Assembly (NCBI RefSeq): GCF_000008465.1 | Contig: NC_006512.1 | Coordinates: 1,350,001 to 1,382,000 of the forward strand | Length of the DNA stretch: 32,000 nt | Direction of reading: 5' to 3' | Source: Idiomarina loihiensis L2TR | GTDB lineage: Bacteria > Pseudomonadota > Gammaproteobacteria > Enterobacterales > Alteromonadaceae | In this document: piece by piece, positions 1 to 8,437 of the stretch | Layout: each line of letters opens with the position of its first letter | How positions within the stretch are numbered: the first letter of the stretch is position 1 | The notes under the pieces: model-generated | The model's database searches: none | What the model saw: only the letters and a program-made list of their open reading frames with translations | Told to the model about the DNA's origin: nothing | Translations under genes and position numbers: made by a program

Positions 1-1
1 G

Positions 2-136
2 CAGGTAAAGCAAGTGGATGACCAGCTTGAGTTAGGTGTGCAGTTTATGGGGAACCAGAAAGATGAGGTTAACTCTCTTTTCTCCGGAAGCCTTGTGGAT
101 ATTGACGAGTTGTCGCGTTTAGAGTCCTCAACATAA
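2..136 (+). CDS. 3' end of an upstream ORF of unknown function (44 codons visible, truncated by the window edge)
   Basis: Frame 2 is open from the window edge to TAA at 134-136. The stop shares its last A with the ATG of the kinase gene (TAATG), which suggests co-transcription. I recognise no motif in ...QVKQVDDQLELGVQFMGNQKDEVNSLFSGSLVDIDELSRLESST. Confidence 0.35.
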   Translation, partial: QVKQVDDQLELGVQFMGNQKDEVNSLFSGSLVDIDELSRLESST

Positions 137-1230
137 TGGAGAAACCGATAAAAACGCAGTGGCAACTATTGATGGATAACCGTAACAGGTTCTTTTGGTT
201 GCTGCAGGCGGGAGGCTGGATAGGTTATGCGTTAGTGAACTACATAGGGTCACTAATGCATGAAATGCGGGATATCTACACCCTCATTATTATTTTGGGG
301 GCGTATGCCGGCTTTTTGAGTACGATTCCGCTTCGCTATTTGTACCGGCGTATATGGGAGTTCCCCCCGGCACTTATGGTTTTAATTGCCATTGTGGTGT
401 CTTATGTTACCGCTGTAGCCTGGGCCATTGTTGATAACGCAACTTACTGGGAAATTTATAAATTCGGTTTTCGTCCGGACAGTCCCTTTTTCTATTTGAA
501 AAACAGTTTGGCCAAGTTTTATATCATTCTTAGCTGGAGCGGACTTTATTTTGGTATTAAGTATTATCAGATGCTGCAGGAAGAGAAGCAAAAAGCGTTA
601 CTGGCTTCATCTATGGCGCATCAGGCGCAGTTGAAAATGCTACGATACCAGCTCAATCCGCATTTTTTGTTTAATACCTTAAACGCAATTTCTACGCTTA
701 TTTTGCTCAAAGAGAATGAAAAAGCCAATTTGATGGTGAATAAGCTAAGCCACTTCCTGCGTTTTTCTTTAGATAATGAACCGATTAAAAAAGTGACTCT
801 GGAAAAAGAAGTGGATGCCTTGCTTTTGTATCTGGATATTGAAAAAGTACGTTTTGACGAGCAGCTTGAAATTGATATTCATTTGTCAGATGAAACCAAG
901 AATGCTCTGGTTCCTAGTTTAATTTGTCAGCCTTTAATCGAGAACTCAATTAAGTACGCCATTTCAAATGTAGAAGGGGTGGGGAAAATCAGAGTTCGTT
1001 CCTGGTCAGAAAAAGAGAACCTGATTTTGGAGGTGTGTGATAATGGGCCGAAAATTGAAACGGATCCGGAAAAGCTATTCCGCAAAGACGGTGTCGGGCT
1101 TAATAACACTCGTCAAAGGCTTAAATCCTTATATGGTAAGCAGTATAGGTTTGAAATGCTAAAAGGTGCTGAGAGCGGTCTTTGTGTTCGTATTACCATT
1201 CCGATGGAAATGTTGGAGAGTCAAAGATGA
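136..1230 (+). CDS. LytS/YehU (AlgZ/FimS-like) family sensor histidine kinase, membrane-embedded sensor
   Basis: 364-aa ORF. It has about four hydrophobic helices in the first ~150 aa and no periplasmic domain. These are followed by the LytS-type His-kinase motif QLNPHFLFNTLN and HATPase_c boxes (PLIENSIKYA, DNGPK, GVGLNNTRQRL). Confidence 0.85.
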   Translation: MEKPIKTQWQLLMDNRNRFFWLLQAGGWIGYALVNYIGSLMHEMRDIYTLIIILGAYAGFLSTIPLRYLYRRIWEFPPALMVLIAIVVSYVTAVAWAIVDNATYWEIYKFGFRPDSPFFYLKNSLAKFYIILSWSGLYFGIKYYQMLQEEKQKALLASSMAHQAQLKMLRYQLNPHFLFNTLNAISTLILLKENEKANLMVNKLSHFLRFSLDNEPIKKVTLEKEVDALLLYLDIEKVRFDEQLEIDIHLSDETKNALVPSLICQPLIENSIKYAISNVEGVGKIRVRSWSEKENLILEVCDNGPKIETDPEKLFRKDGVGLNNTRQRLKSLYGKQYRFEMLKGAESGLCVRITIPMEMLESQR

Positions 1231-2045
1231 ATCGATTGAAAACCCTGGTTATTGACGATGAGCCCCTCGCCAGAAAGGGGTTGGCTATTCGTTTACAGGC
1301 GTTTGAGCAACTGCAGTTAATGCCCGAGTGCAAAAGCAGCAGGGAAGCCGTCGATATCATTATCGAAAATAAACCTGATCTGATTTTTCTCGATATACAA
1401 ATGCCCGGGCTTAATGGCTTTGAAGTATTAAAAGCTGTGCAGGAGAAGGGACATGAGTTGCCAGTCGTTGTTTTTGTAACAGCTTATGACACCTACGCTA
1501 TCAAAGCCTTTGAAGTCAGGGCGTTAGATTATTTGTTGAAGCCCGTTGATGACGACCGCTTGGCTGAATGCGTTAACCGCGTTATAAGCGAGCATCAGAC
1601 GGTTAACGACGAGCACCAGGAAAAACTGATCAGTTTAGTTGCGGAGGTAACCGGGCAAGATACGCATACTCTATTACAGAAGCTGGCTTCAGGCGAAAGT
1701 ATTACCGCAGACCAATATCCGGAATATATCGCTATAAAGGACAGCGGTGAGATAACCCGGGTTGCCGTCAAAGACATTAAGTGGATTGATGCCGCTGGAG
1801 ATTACATGTGTATACATGCCGGTGACGATACCCACATTCTGCGACGCACAATGAAAGAACTGGAGCAGGACTTAAACCCTAAGCTGTTTCAGCGGGTTCA
1901 TCGTTCCGCCATTGTTAACATTAAACAGGTTGAAAAGCTCTGTAACCAACAAAATGGCGAATATCATTTACAATTAAAAAATGGTCAAAAACTGAAAGTA
2001 AGTCGTAGTTATAAAGACCGTATTAAACAACTTATTCTGAGCTAA
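1227..2045 (+). CDS. LytR/AlgR family response regulator (REC + LytTR DNA-binding domain)
   Basis: REC motifs are present (LVIDDEPLAR, DLIFLDIQMPGLNGFEV, LLKP), with a C-terminal LytTR domain (IAIKDSGEITRVAVKDIKWIDAAGDYMCIH...HRSAIVNIKQV). I moved the start from the track's 1182 to ATG 1227, which is preceded by GGAGAG and overlaps the kinase stop as ATGA. Confidence 0.85.
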   Translation: MNRLKTLVIDDEPLARKGLAIRLQAFEQLQLMPECKSSREAVDIIIENKPDLIFLDIQMPGLNGFEVLKAVQEKGHELPVVVFVTAYDTYAIKAFEVRALDYLLKPVDDDRLAECVNRVISEHQTVNDEHQEKLISLVAEVTGQDTHTLLQKLASGESITADQYPEYIAIKDSGEITRVAVKDIKWIDAAGDYMCIHAGDDTHILRRTMKELEQDLNPKLFQRVHRSAIVNIKQVEKLCNQQNGEYHLQLKNGQKLKVSRSYKDRIKQLILS

Positions 2046-2047
2046 TC

Positions 2048-2893
2048 ATGTATCGACTGCTGGCAGTAATAACCTTTTTAATCCTGATAGCAGGGTGTAC
2101 GGCGAACCTTGGCTACAAGTTTGCTGACACTCTGGTTGAGTGGAAAGTAAAGGATTACGTTGACTTAACCGGTGAGCAGGAAGAGCTGCTAGCAGAGAAA
2201 GTTGATGAAATGCATCTTTGGCATGCACAAACTCAGCTCCCGTTGTACAGAGATGAACTGAAAAACCTGAGAGATAAGGTCGATAAGCAGACGCTGAGCA
2301 AAAACGATATCAGCAAATTTGAAGATAAGCTCTGGACGTTCTGGGATAATGTTTTAGTACGAACAGAAGCCGAAGCGGGCTTATTAGCGACTCTTTCACT
2401 CAAACAACGGCAACAACTTATCCGTCGATTAGAAGAAGCGCAGGAAGAGCGTTATCAGCGCTTTCAGGACGACCAGGAAGAGAACCCGATACTAAGAAGG
2501 CTGGACCGCATTTCGGAAGTGGAAGAGGACTTAGAAGATATTATCGGTTCTCTGACTAAAGAGCAGGATAAGTTATTACGCAGCTGGGTGGCTGATTCTC
2601 CTGAATTACGTGAGCAATGGTTAAGCTATCGCTCAAATTGGTTAGGTGAATTTGAGAAAGCGTTGCTGAAGCAACCTGTAGATGAAAATCAATTATCAGC
2701 ATTGATTCTTGACCCACAACAATTAAGAAGCGAAGAGCTTCAGCAAAAAGCGGATAAAAATAGCCAGCTTCGTAAAGAGTTCTTGTGGGATATATATCAG
2801 AGCCTGACTGGGGAACAACGTAAAAAAGTGATAGAAAAGGCCGATGAATACATCGACCTTCTTGATTCTTTAATTAATGATTTTAACGATTAA
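2048..2893 (+). CDS. Lipoprotein of unknown function, DUF6279-like (tentative), charged helical/coiled-coil rich
   Basis: It has a signal peptide with lipobox LILIAGC. The N-terminal pattern [25 protein letters not shown]...[11 protein letters not shown] resembles my memory of DUF6279 lipoproteins. The gene starts 2 nt after the regulator's stop codon. Confidence 0.7.
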   Translation: MYRLLAVITFLILIAGCTANLGYKFADTLVEWKVKDYVDLTGEQEELLAEKVDEMHLWHAQTQLPLYRDELKNLRDKVDKQTLSKNDISKFEDKLWTFWDNVLVRTEAEAGLLATLSLKQRQQLIRRLEEAQEERYQRFQDDQEENPILRRLDRISEVEEDLEDIIGSLTKEQDKLLRSWVADSPELREQWLSYRSNWLGEFEKALLKQPVDENQLSALILDPQQLRSEELQQKADKNSQLRKEFLWDIYQSLTGEQRKKVIEKADEYIDLLDSLINDFND

Positions 2894-4320
2894 CGAACTT
2901 CTATCATCTTACAGGTATTACTTGAGCCCACGGTTTCCATTACATCGCCGTGGGTTAGTATGATTAAATCACCGGCTTTTATGTGTCCACTTTTTTTCAC
3001 TACCTCAATAGCTTCAGTTATCGGATTACTGACACTAGTAGAATCGAAATCTATAGGGTAAACACCACGGTATAAAGCTGATTTGTCGCGACTTTGCGGA
3101 TGGCGGGATAATGCAAATATCGGTAAATGGGAAGTAATTCTCGACATAAGCTTGGCAGTAAAACCGGATTCAGTTAACGCTATAATGGCCTTGACCCCAT
3201 TCAAGTGGGTGGCTGCGTACATGGCAGACATGGCTGTCGCCTCGGTAATGCTGGAAAACATTTCTTCCAGATCCTGGTGGCGTAACTGAGCGGTTGGATG
3301 TGTTTCTGCACCCAGGCAAATTTCAGCCATGGCTTTTACGGTTGCTACTGGATGTTTACCGGCAGCCGTCTCAGCCGACAGCATTACGGCATCTGTACCA
3401 TCCAATACGGCGTTGGCAACATCCATCACTTCGGCGCGGGTTGGCATTGGGTTTTCAATCATCGACTCCATCATTTGAGTCGCGGTAATAACCACACGGT
3501 TTAGTTGGCGTGCACGCGAAATAATTTGTTTTTGCTTACCCACCAATTGCGCATCACCAATTTCAACGCCTAAATCGCCACGGGCAACCATAACGGCATC
3601 GGATGCTCTGATAATGTCATCTAATGCATGTTCGCTGGCAACGGCTTCTGCGCGTTCAATTTTAGCGCATAATACGCCTTGTCCACCAGCTTCGCGGAGC
3701 AAGTGCCGAGCCTGGTTAATATCATCGCCAGAGCGAGGGAATGAAACCGCAAGGTAATCTACATTGATTTCTGCTGCGAGCTTAATATCGGCTAAATCTT
3801 TTTCCGTTAATGCGGCAGCTGACAAACCACCACCCTGACGGTTAATACCTTTATTATTAGAAAGCACGCCGCCAACGGTGACTTCTGTTTTAACCTGGCT
3901 ACCATCAATTTCTTCAACTTTTAACTGGATACGACCATCATCCAGTAAGAGAAGATCGCCGGGACTGACATCTGTTGGCAGGTCTTTATAGTCGAGGCCA
4001 ACACGTTCCTGATTGCCGCTGTCTTTTCCAAGCGCAGCGTCTAAAATGAACTTATCACCGACAGCCAACGTAATTTGTTTTTGTTGAAAGCGCGCAACTC
4101 GAATTTTTGGTCCCTGCAAGTCGCCTAAAATGGCAATATGGGCGTTTAATTCCCGGGCAATTTTTCTGACCATGGAAGCGCGCTGCTTGTGATCGTCACC
4201 ATTGCCGTGAGAAAAGTTTAAACGAACAACATTGGCACCCGCTTTTATTAACTCTCTGAGTGTTTCCTCAGAGTCAGTGGCAGGCCCGAGAGTAGTTACA
4301 ATTTTGGTACGACGAAGCAT
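2890..4320 (-). CDS. pykA: Pyruvate kinase II
   Basis: [16 protein letters not shown]...NFSHG...[10 protein letters not shown]... is co-linear with E. coli PykA. I moved the start from the track's 4368 to ATG 4320 (the usual PykA N-terminus), with GAGG 7 nt upstream on the minus strand. Confidence 0.93.
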   Translation of the reverse strand: MLRRTKIVTTLGPATDSEETLRELIKAGANVVRLNFSHGNGDDHKQRASMVRKIARELNAHIAILGDLQGPKIRVARFQQKQITLAVGDKFILDAALGKDSGNQERVGLDYKDLPTDVSPGDLLLLDDGRIQLKVEEIDGSQVKTEVTVGGVLSNNKGINRQGGGLSAAALTEKDLADIKLAAEINVDYLAVSFPRSGDDINQARHLLREAGGQGVLCAKIERAEAVASEHALDDIIRASDAVMVARGDLGVEIGDAQLVGKQKQIISRARQLNRVVITATQMMESMIENPMPTRAEVMDVANAVLDGTDAVMLSAETAAGKHPVATVKAMAEICLGAETHPTAQLRHQDLEEMFSSITEATAMSAMYAATHLNGVKAIIALTESGFTAKLMSRITSHLPIFALSRHPQSRDKSALYRGVYPIDFDSTSVSNPITEAIEVVKKSGHIKAGDLIILTHGDVMETVGSSNTCKMIEVR

Positions 4321-4423
4321 GCAAAACCTCAGCAAATTTACCCATGAATTTAAGCTTAAGTTTAGCACATGGACTGTTACAGTAGTACGAAATTTAATTG
4401 AAAGATAAAGGAGTTAAGCAAAT

Positions 4424-4825
4424 ATGAGTGAACACGACTGGAGTAACAGAAATGAACAGGAGTGGCGCGAAATATTAGGCGATGAAGCTTATTATGTACT
4501 GAGAGAAAAGGGCACTGAACGGCCGTTTTCCGGAAAGTATTTAAGCTGTGATAAAGACGGCGTTTACCATTGTGCCGGTTGCGGTCAGAAACTTTTTGAA
4601 GCAGGACATCAATTTGATGCACATTGCGGCTGGCCAAGTTTTGATGAAGCCATAAAAGGCTCAATTGACTATGTAAAAGATTCAAGCCATGGCATGACTC
4701 GTACTGAAATACTCTGCAGTCAATGTGGTGGGCATTTGGGCCACGTATTTGACGATGGCCCAACAGAAACTGGACAACGCTATTGCGTTAACTCACTAGC
4801 GATGCGTCACGAAGACGATGAGTAG
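4424..4825 (+). CDS. msrB: Peptide-methionine (R)-S-oxide reductase
   Basis: 133 aa with two CxxC zinc pairs (CAGCGQ, CSQCGGHLGHVF) and the catalytic RYCVNS motif. A strong AAGGAG Shine-Dalgarno sits upstream. Confidence 0.93.
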   Translation: MSEHDWSNRNEQEWREILGDEAYYVLREKGTERPFSGKYLSCDKDGVYHCAGCGQKLFEAGHQFDAHCGWPSFDEAIKGSIDYVKDSSHGMTRTEILCSQCGGHLGHVFDDGPTETGQRYCVNSLAMRHEDDE

Positions 4826-5625
4826 TAACCGCGGAATTTACCCTCTTCAATTTTATCGACAATCGCTTCAGCGCGATCATCCCAGTCGTCGTATTGGTCT
4901 TCGCTGGCATTAACAATTGATTTCATACTGTTTTTATCCAGGTTTTTCTGGCCGAACTGCCAGGCAACCTGGGACCAGACATAAGCTTCAGGGCCATTGC
5001 CTTCTTTTAAATACATAGAAACTAGAGTTGAAGGTATTTCAGGATTTACTTTGTCATCGGGACGATACAGCCGGAGCGCGCTGTAAAGAAGCTCAAAGGT
5101 TTTTTCCGAGTCTTTCTTGGTATAATAGGTGGCTAACGCTAGTTTAAGTTCAGGCGTTTCCATTTGTTTGCTGCCCTCTAGTGCGAGAAGCTTATCCAGT
5201 GCTTCATGGTCGCTTCGGTTGGCCCAATGCCAGTATAGCCATAGAGGGTGTTCGGAATCGGCGGTCTCGTCAGCCAGCTTCTCTATATTTTTTCGTGAGT
5301 TAATAAAGGCCTCTAAACGATCCGACTGCTTCTGTTTTGATTTTGTCATTTCAAGTGTTGCAGCCAGCTCGATACATTTTGAGTACTTTTCCAGATCCCG
5401 CATGACGAAATACTGGTTTTCGCTCGTATCGTTTAGACTACGTTCATAACGACTGTAAATAAATTCGCTACGTTCTACGTTGCACCAGTTATCGGTATTT
5501 AAATCGCTACAAATACCAGGAGTAGACTCGCAGATTTTACTGACTGACGGCTTTCCTTCCATACATCCGGTTAAAGCGAGAGCAGCACTTGTAATAACAA
5601 TTTTTTTTAGCATAGATATCAACAT
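4807..5625 (-). CDS. Lipoprotein of unknown function (possibly DUF2989-like; family recalled from memory only)
   Basis: Signal peptide plus lipobox LALTGC. The ORF is long and uninterrupted, with normal composition. The start is uncertain: the track uses TTG 5643, and ATG 5625 or 5613 are more plausible. There is no clear Shine-Dalgarno. Confidence 0.65.
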   Translation of the reverse strand: MLISMLKKIVITSAALALTGCMEGKPSVSKICESTPGICSDLNTDNWCNVERSEFIYSRYERSLNDTSENQYFVMRDLEKYSKCIELAATLEMTKSKQKQSDRLEAFINSRKNIEKLADETADSEHPLWLYWHWANRSDHEALDKLLALEGSKQMETPELKLALATYYTKKDSEKTFELLYSALRLYRPDDKVNPEIPSTLVSMYLKEGNGPEAYVWSQVAWQFGQKNLDKNSMKSIVNASEDQYDDWDDRAEAIVDKIEEGKFRGYYSSSS

Positions 5626-5656
5626 TTTTTTTGTGAAACACAATTGTTCCGTAAAA

Positions 5657-5686
5657 TTGGCTTCATGCCAAGCTTTTCAGTACAAT
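5657..5686 (+). promoter_or_regulatory. Candidate sigma70 promoter for the GAPDH gene (TTGGCT-18 nt-TACAAT)
   Basis: The -35 TTGGCT is at 5657-5662 and the -10 TACAAT at 5681-5686. A small inverted repeat TTGGC-ttcat-GCCAA overlaps the -35. Hexamer match only. Confidence 0.35.
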
Positions 5687-5751
5687 ATCGCGGTTTTTAA
5701 GCGTAGCACTTTATAAGCTCACAGACATTACCATAGAGGACAGGGCTCACT

Positions 5752-7197
5752 ATGAACTCTAACCAGCAAGATCCAACCTTATCAAGTTGGCAGGAACGTC
5801 AGGAATTCGCCGAGCAAATGCAACCTTTGCTTGGGAAGTTGTACCGGAACTTCGGTGTTGAAATTTTGGTTTATGGCCGTTCATTACTGAACGTATCGAC
5901 CATTAATATTATTAAGGCACACCGTCTTATTCTTCGCCACGAAGGGCAGAAAGTTCGTTTACGCGAAAGCTTTCCGTTCTTGCAGGCTATGGCAGAGCTG
6001 AAACTGTCCCCGGCACGCGTTGATTTGGGCAAACTGGCCTATGGCTACTTGTTTGGAGATAAAGCTGATGGTTTGTCGGTTACAGATTACGTCAAACGTG
6101 AGTTAGCGGACATCATTGATTCAGAAGATAATATCGAACCTCGCGACGTGGTTTTATATGGTTTTGGACGGATAGGGCGCTTATTGGCTCGTCAGTTAAT
6201 TGAACGTAATGGTGGCAACAATAAAATGCGCTTACGTGCCATTGTTGTTCGTGGCGGTCGCGATGGTGATTTAGAAAAGCGGGCAAGTTTACTGCGTCGT
6301 GACTCAATCCATGGTTTATTCAATGGTTCAATAACCGTTGATCACGATAGCCAGAGCATAAAAGCTAACGGTACCAGTATTAAAGTGATTTACTCTAATG
6401 GACCGGACCAAGTGGATTATACCCAGTACGGTATTAATAACGCGATTGTTATCGATAATACCGGTATCTGGAAAGATGAAGATGGCCTGGGTCTGCACCT
6501 GAAATCAAAAGGTGTTGATAAAGTGCTTCTGACGGCCCCGTCAAAAGGTGATATCAAGAATATCGTGTTTGGCGTGAACGATAAAATGATCGAAGACAGT
6601 GATAAAATTGTTTCTGCAGCAAGCTGCACAACCAATGCAATTACTCCTGTGCTCAAAGCAATAAATGACGAGTTTGGTATTCGTAATGGTCACGTAGAAA
6701 CGGTTCACTCGTACACTAACGATCAGAACCTGATTGATAACTATCATACTGCAGAACGTCGCGGTCGCTCAGCGCCTCTGAACATGGTTATTACCTCTAC
6801 CGGAGCGGCTAAAGCCGTTGCTAAAGCGCTTCCTGAAATGGCGGGTAAACTGACAGGTAATGCCATTCGCGTACCGACCCCGAATGTGTCAATGGCAATA
6901 ATGAATCTGAACTTTGAAAAGTCGACAAGTCGCGATGAATTAAACGATTATCTGCGTCAGGTTTCTTTGCATTCAGAATTGGCTAACCAAATTGATTACA
7001 CTGCTTCGACTGAAATCGTTTCTTCAGACTTAGTGGGTTCACGTCATGCTGGTGTAGTTGACTCTCAGGCAACAATAGTTGAAGACGACAGAGCCGTGCT
7101 GTACGTTTGGTATGATAACGAATTTGGTTATAGTTGCCAGGTTATTCGTGTGGCTGAAGCTATGGCCGGACTTAAGGTTCCTAATTTACCAAAATAA
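5752..7197 (+). CDS. gap: Glyceraldehyde-3-phosphate dehydrogenase, long form with a ~130-aa N-terminal extension
   Basis: Rossmann motif LYGFGRIGRLLARQ starts only at about residue 133. The catalytic ASCTTNAITP is present, as is the C-terminal WYDNEFGYS motif. The 481-aa size class is known from Pseudomonas/Shewanella gap-2-type genes. Confidence 0.9.
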   Translation: MNSNQQDPTLSSWQERQEFAEQMQPLLGKLYRNFGVEILVYGRSLLNVSTINIIKAHRLILRHEGQKVRLRESFPFLQAMAELKLSPARVDLGKLAYGYLFGDKADGLSVTDYVKRELADIIDSEDNIEPRDVVLYGFGRIGRLLARQLIERNGGNNKMRLRAIVVRGGRDGDLEKRASLLRRDSIHGLFNGSITVDHDSQSIKANGTSIKVIYSNGPDQVDYTQYGINNAIVIDNTGIWKDEDGLGLHLKSKGVDKVLLTAPSKGDIKNIVFGVNDKMIEDSDKIVSAASCTTNAITPVLKAINDEFGIRNGHVETVHSYTNDQNLIDNYHTAERRGRSAPLNMVITSTGAAKAVAKALPEMAGKLTGNAIRVPTPNVSMAIMNLNFEKSTSRDELNDYLRQVSLHSELANQIDYTASTEIVSSDLVGSRHAGVVDSQATIVEDDRAVLYVWYDNEFGYSCQVIRVAEAMAGLKVPNLPK

Positions 7198-7200
7198 TTG

Positions 7201-7225
7201 AAAAGCGCCTGCGGGCGCTTTTTTT
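7201..7225 (+). terminator. Rho-independent terminator after the GAPDH gene
   Basis: aaaaGCGCC-tgcg-GGCGCttttttt: a GC stem of 5 bp (extendable with A-T pairs), a 4-nt loop and a 7-T run. Confidence 0.8.
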
Positions 7226-7263
7226 CTACTCACTTTCTCAGAAACAACACATAAAGGTGAAGT

Positions 7264-8391
7264 ATGCATATCACTGCAAACTTTGACAGTGGCAATATTC
7301 AAGTTATCAGCTCAGACAATGCCGATAACATTCGTTTAGCTATCAAAAAAGATCATCAATCTGATTTTTACCAATGGTTCCATTTTAAGCTGTTTGCTGA
7401 AGCCGGCGAAGAGCACGTGATGACCATTGAAAACGCTTCTGACTCTGCGTATCCGGATGGTTGGAAAGAATACCAGGCACTCGCCTCATATGATCGTGAA
7501 ACCTGGTTCCGGGTTCCGACCGAGTACAATGGCAAAGAGCTGACTATTCGTCATACACCAGAGCAAGAAAGCGTCTATTATGCGTATTTCATTCCTTATT
7601 CTTACGAGCGTCATCAAGACCTGATTCAATCAGCTCAACAGTCAATTGATTGTTATCACGAGCTATTAGGAGAAACGATAGACGGCCGCGAATTAAACTT
7701 ATTGGTTATAGGTGAACCCGCTGAGCACAAAAATACCATTTGGGTAACTGCACGCCAGCATCCTGGTGAGTCAATGGCTGAGTGGTTTATGGAAGGCTTA
7801 ATTACACGTTTACTAGACGACGAAGATGGCGTGGCCCGTAAGTTGTTAGACGAGAACGTTTTCTACGTCGTACCAAACATGAACCCAGATGGTAGCGTTC
7901 GTGGGCATCTTAGGACTAACGCTGTTGGTACTAACCTGAACCGCGAATGGGCGGAGCCAAGCCTGGAAAAAAGCCCGGAAGTTTTTTATGTGCTAAAACG
8001 CATGCAGGAAACCGGTGTTGACATGTTTCTTGATGTGCACGGTGATGAAGCTTTGCCTTATAACTTTGTCGCAGGCTGTGAAGGTATTCCTTCATATGAC
8101 GAGCGCCATAAAGACTTAGAAGACACTTTCAAGTCAGCCTTTTTAGCCGCAACTCCAGAGTTCCAGACGAAGTATGGTTATGAGCTGGATGAGCCGGGTA
8201 AAGCGAATATGACAGTCGCAAACTCTGCGGTGGGTGAGCGCTTCAAGTGTTTATCTTATACCTTGGAAATGCCGTTTAAAGACAATGCAGACTTACCTGA
8301 CGAAGATTTCGGCTGGTCAGTAGCCCGTTGTCAGCGTTTAGGAGAAGATGTTTTAACCGCAATATTGGCAGTCTCACCAAAATTGCGTTAA
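7264..8391 (+). CDS. M14 family zinc carboxypeptidase, bacterial cytosolic-carboxypeptidase-like (M14D-like), no signal peptide
   Basis: The N-terminal beta-rich domain (ANFDSGNI...) precedes the zinc ligands in ARQHPGES (HxxE) and FLDVHGDE. There is a NREW motif. No signal peptide is visible. Confidence 0.8.
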   Translation: MHITANFDSGNIQVISSDNADNIRLAIKKDHQSDFYQWFHFKLFAEAGEEHVMTIENASDSAYPDGWKEYQALASYDRETWFRVPTEYNGKELTIRHTPEQESVYYAYFIPYSYERHQDLIQSAQQSIDCYHELLGETIDGRELNLLVIGEPAEHKNTIWVTARQHPGESMAEWFMEGLITRLLDDEDGVARKLLDENVFYVVPNMNPDGSVRGHLRTNAVGTNLNREWAEPSLEKSPEVFYVLKRMQETGVDMFLDVHGDEALPYNFVAGCEGIPSYDERHKDLEDTFKSAFLAATPEFQTKYGYELDEPGKANMTVANSAVGERFKCLSYTLEMPFKDNADLPDEDFGWSVARCQRLGEDVLTAILAVSPKLR

Positions 8392-8437
8392 AACTAGAGT
8401 TGGATCACAAAATAATAACAACAAAAGGGGGTCTTCC

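Noticed and set aside
8392-8437. Possible glycine or amino-acid riboswitch upstream of the AGCS symporter
   Set aside because: The spacer is only 46 nt, too short for a glycine riboswitch aptamer, and I see no conserved helices.
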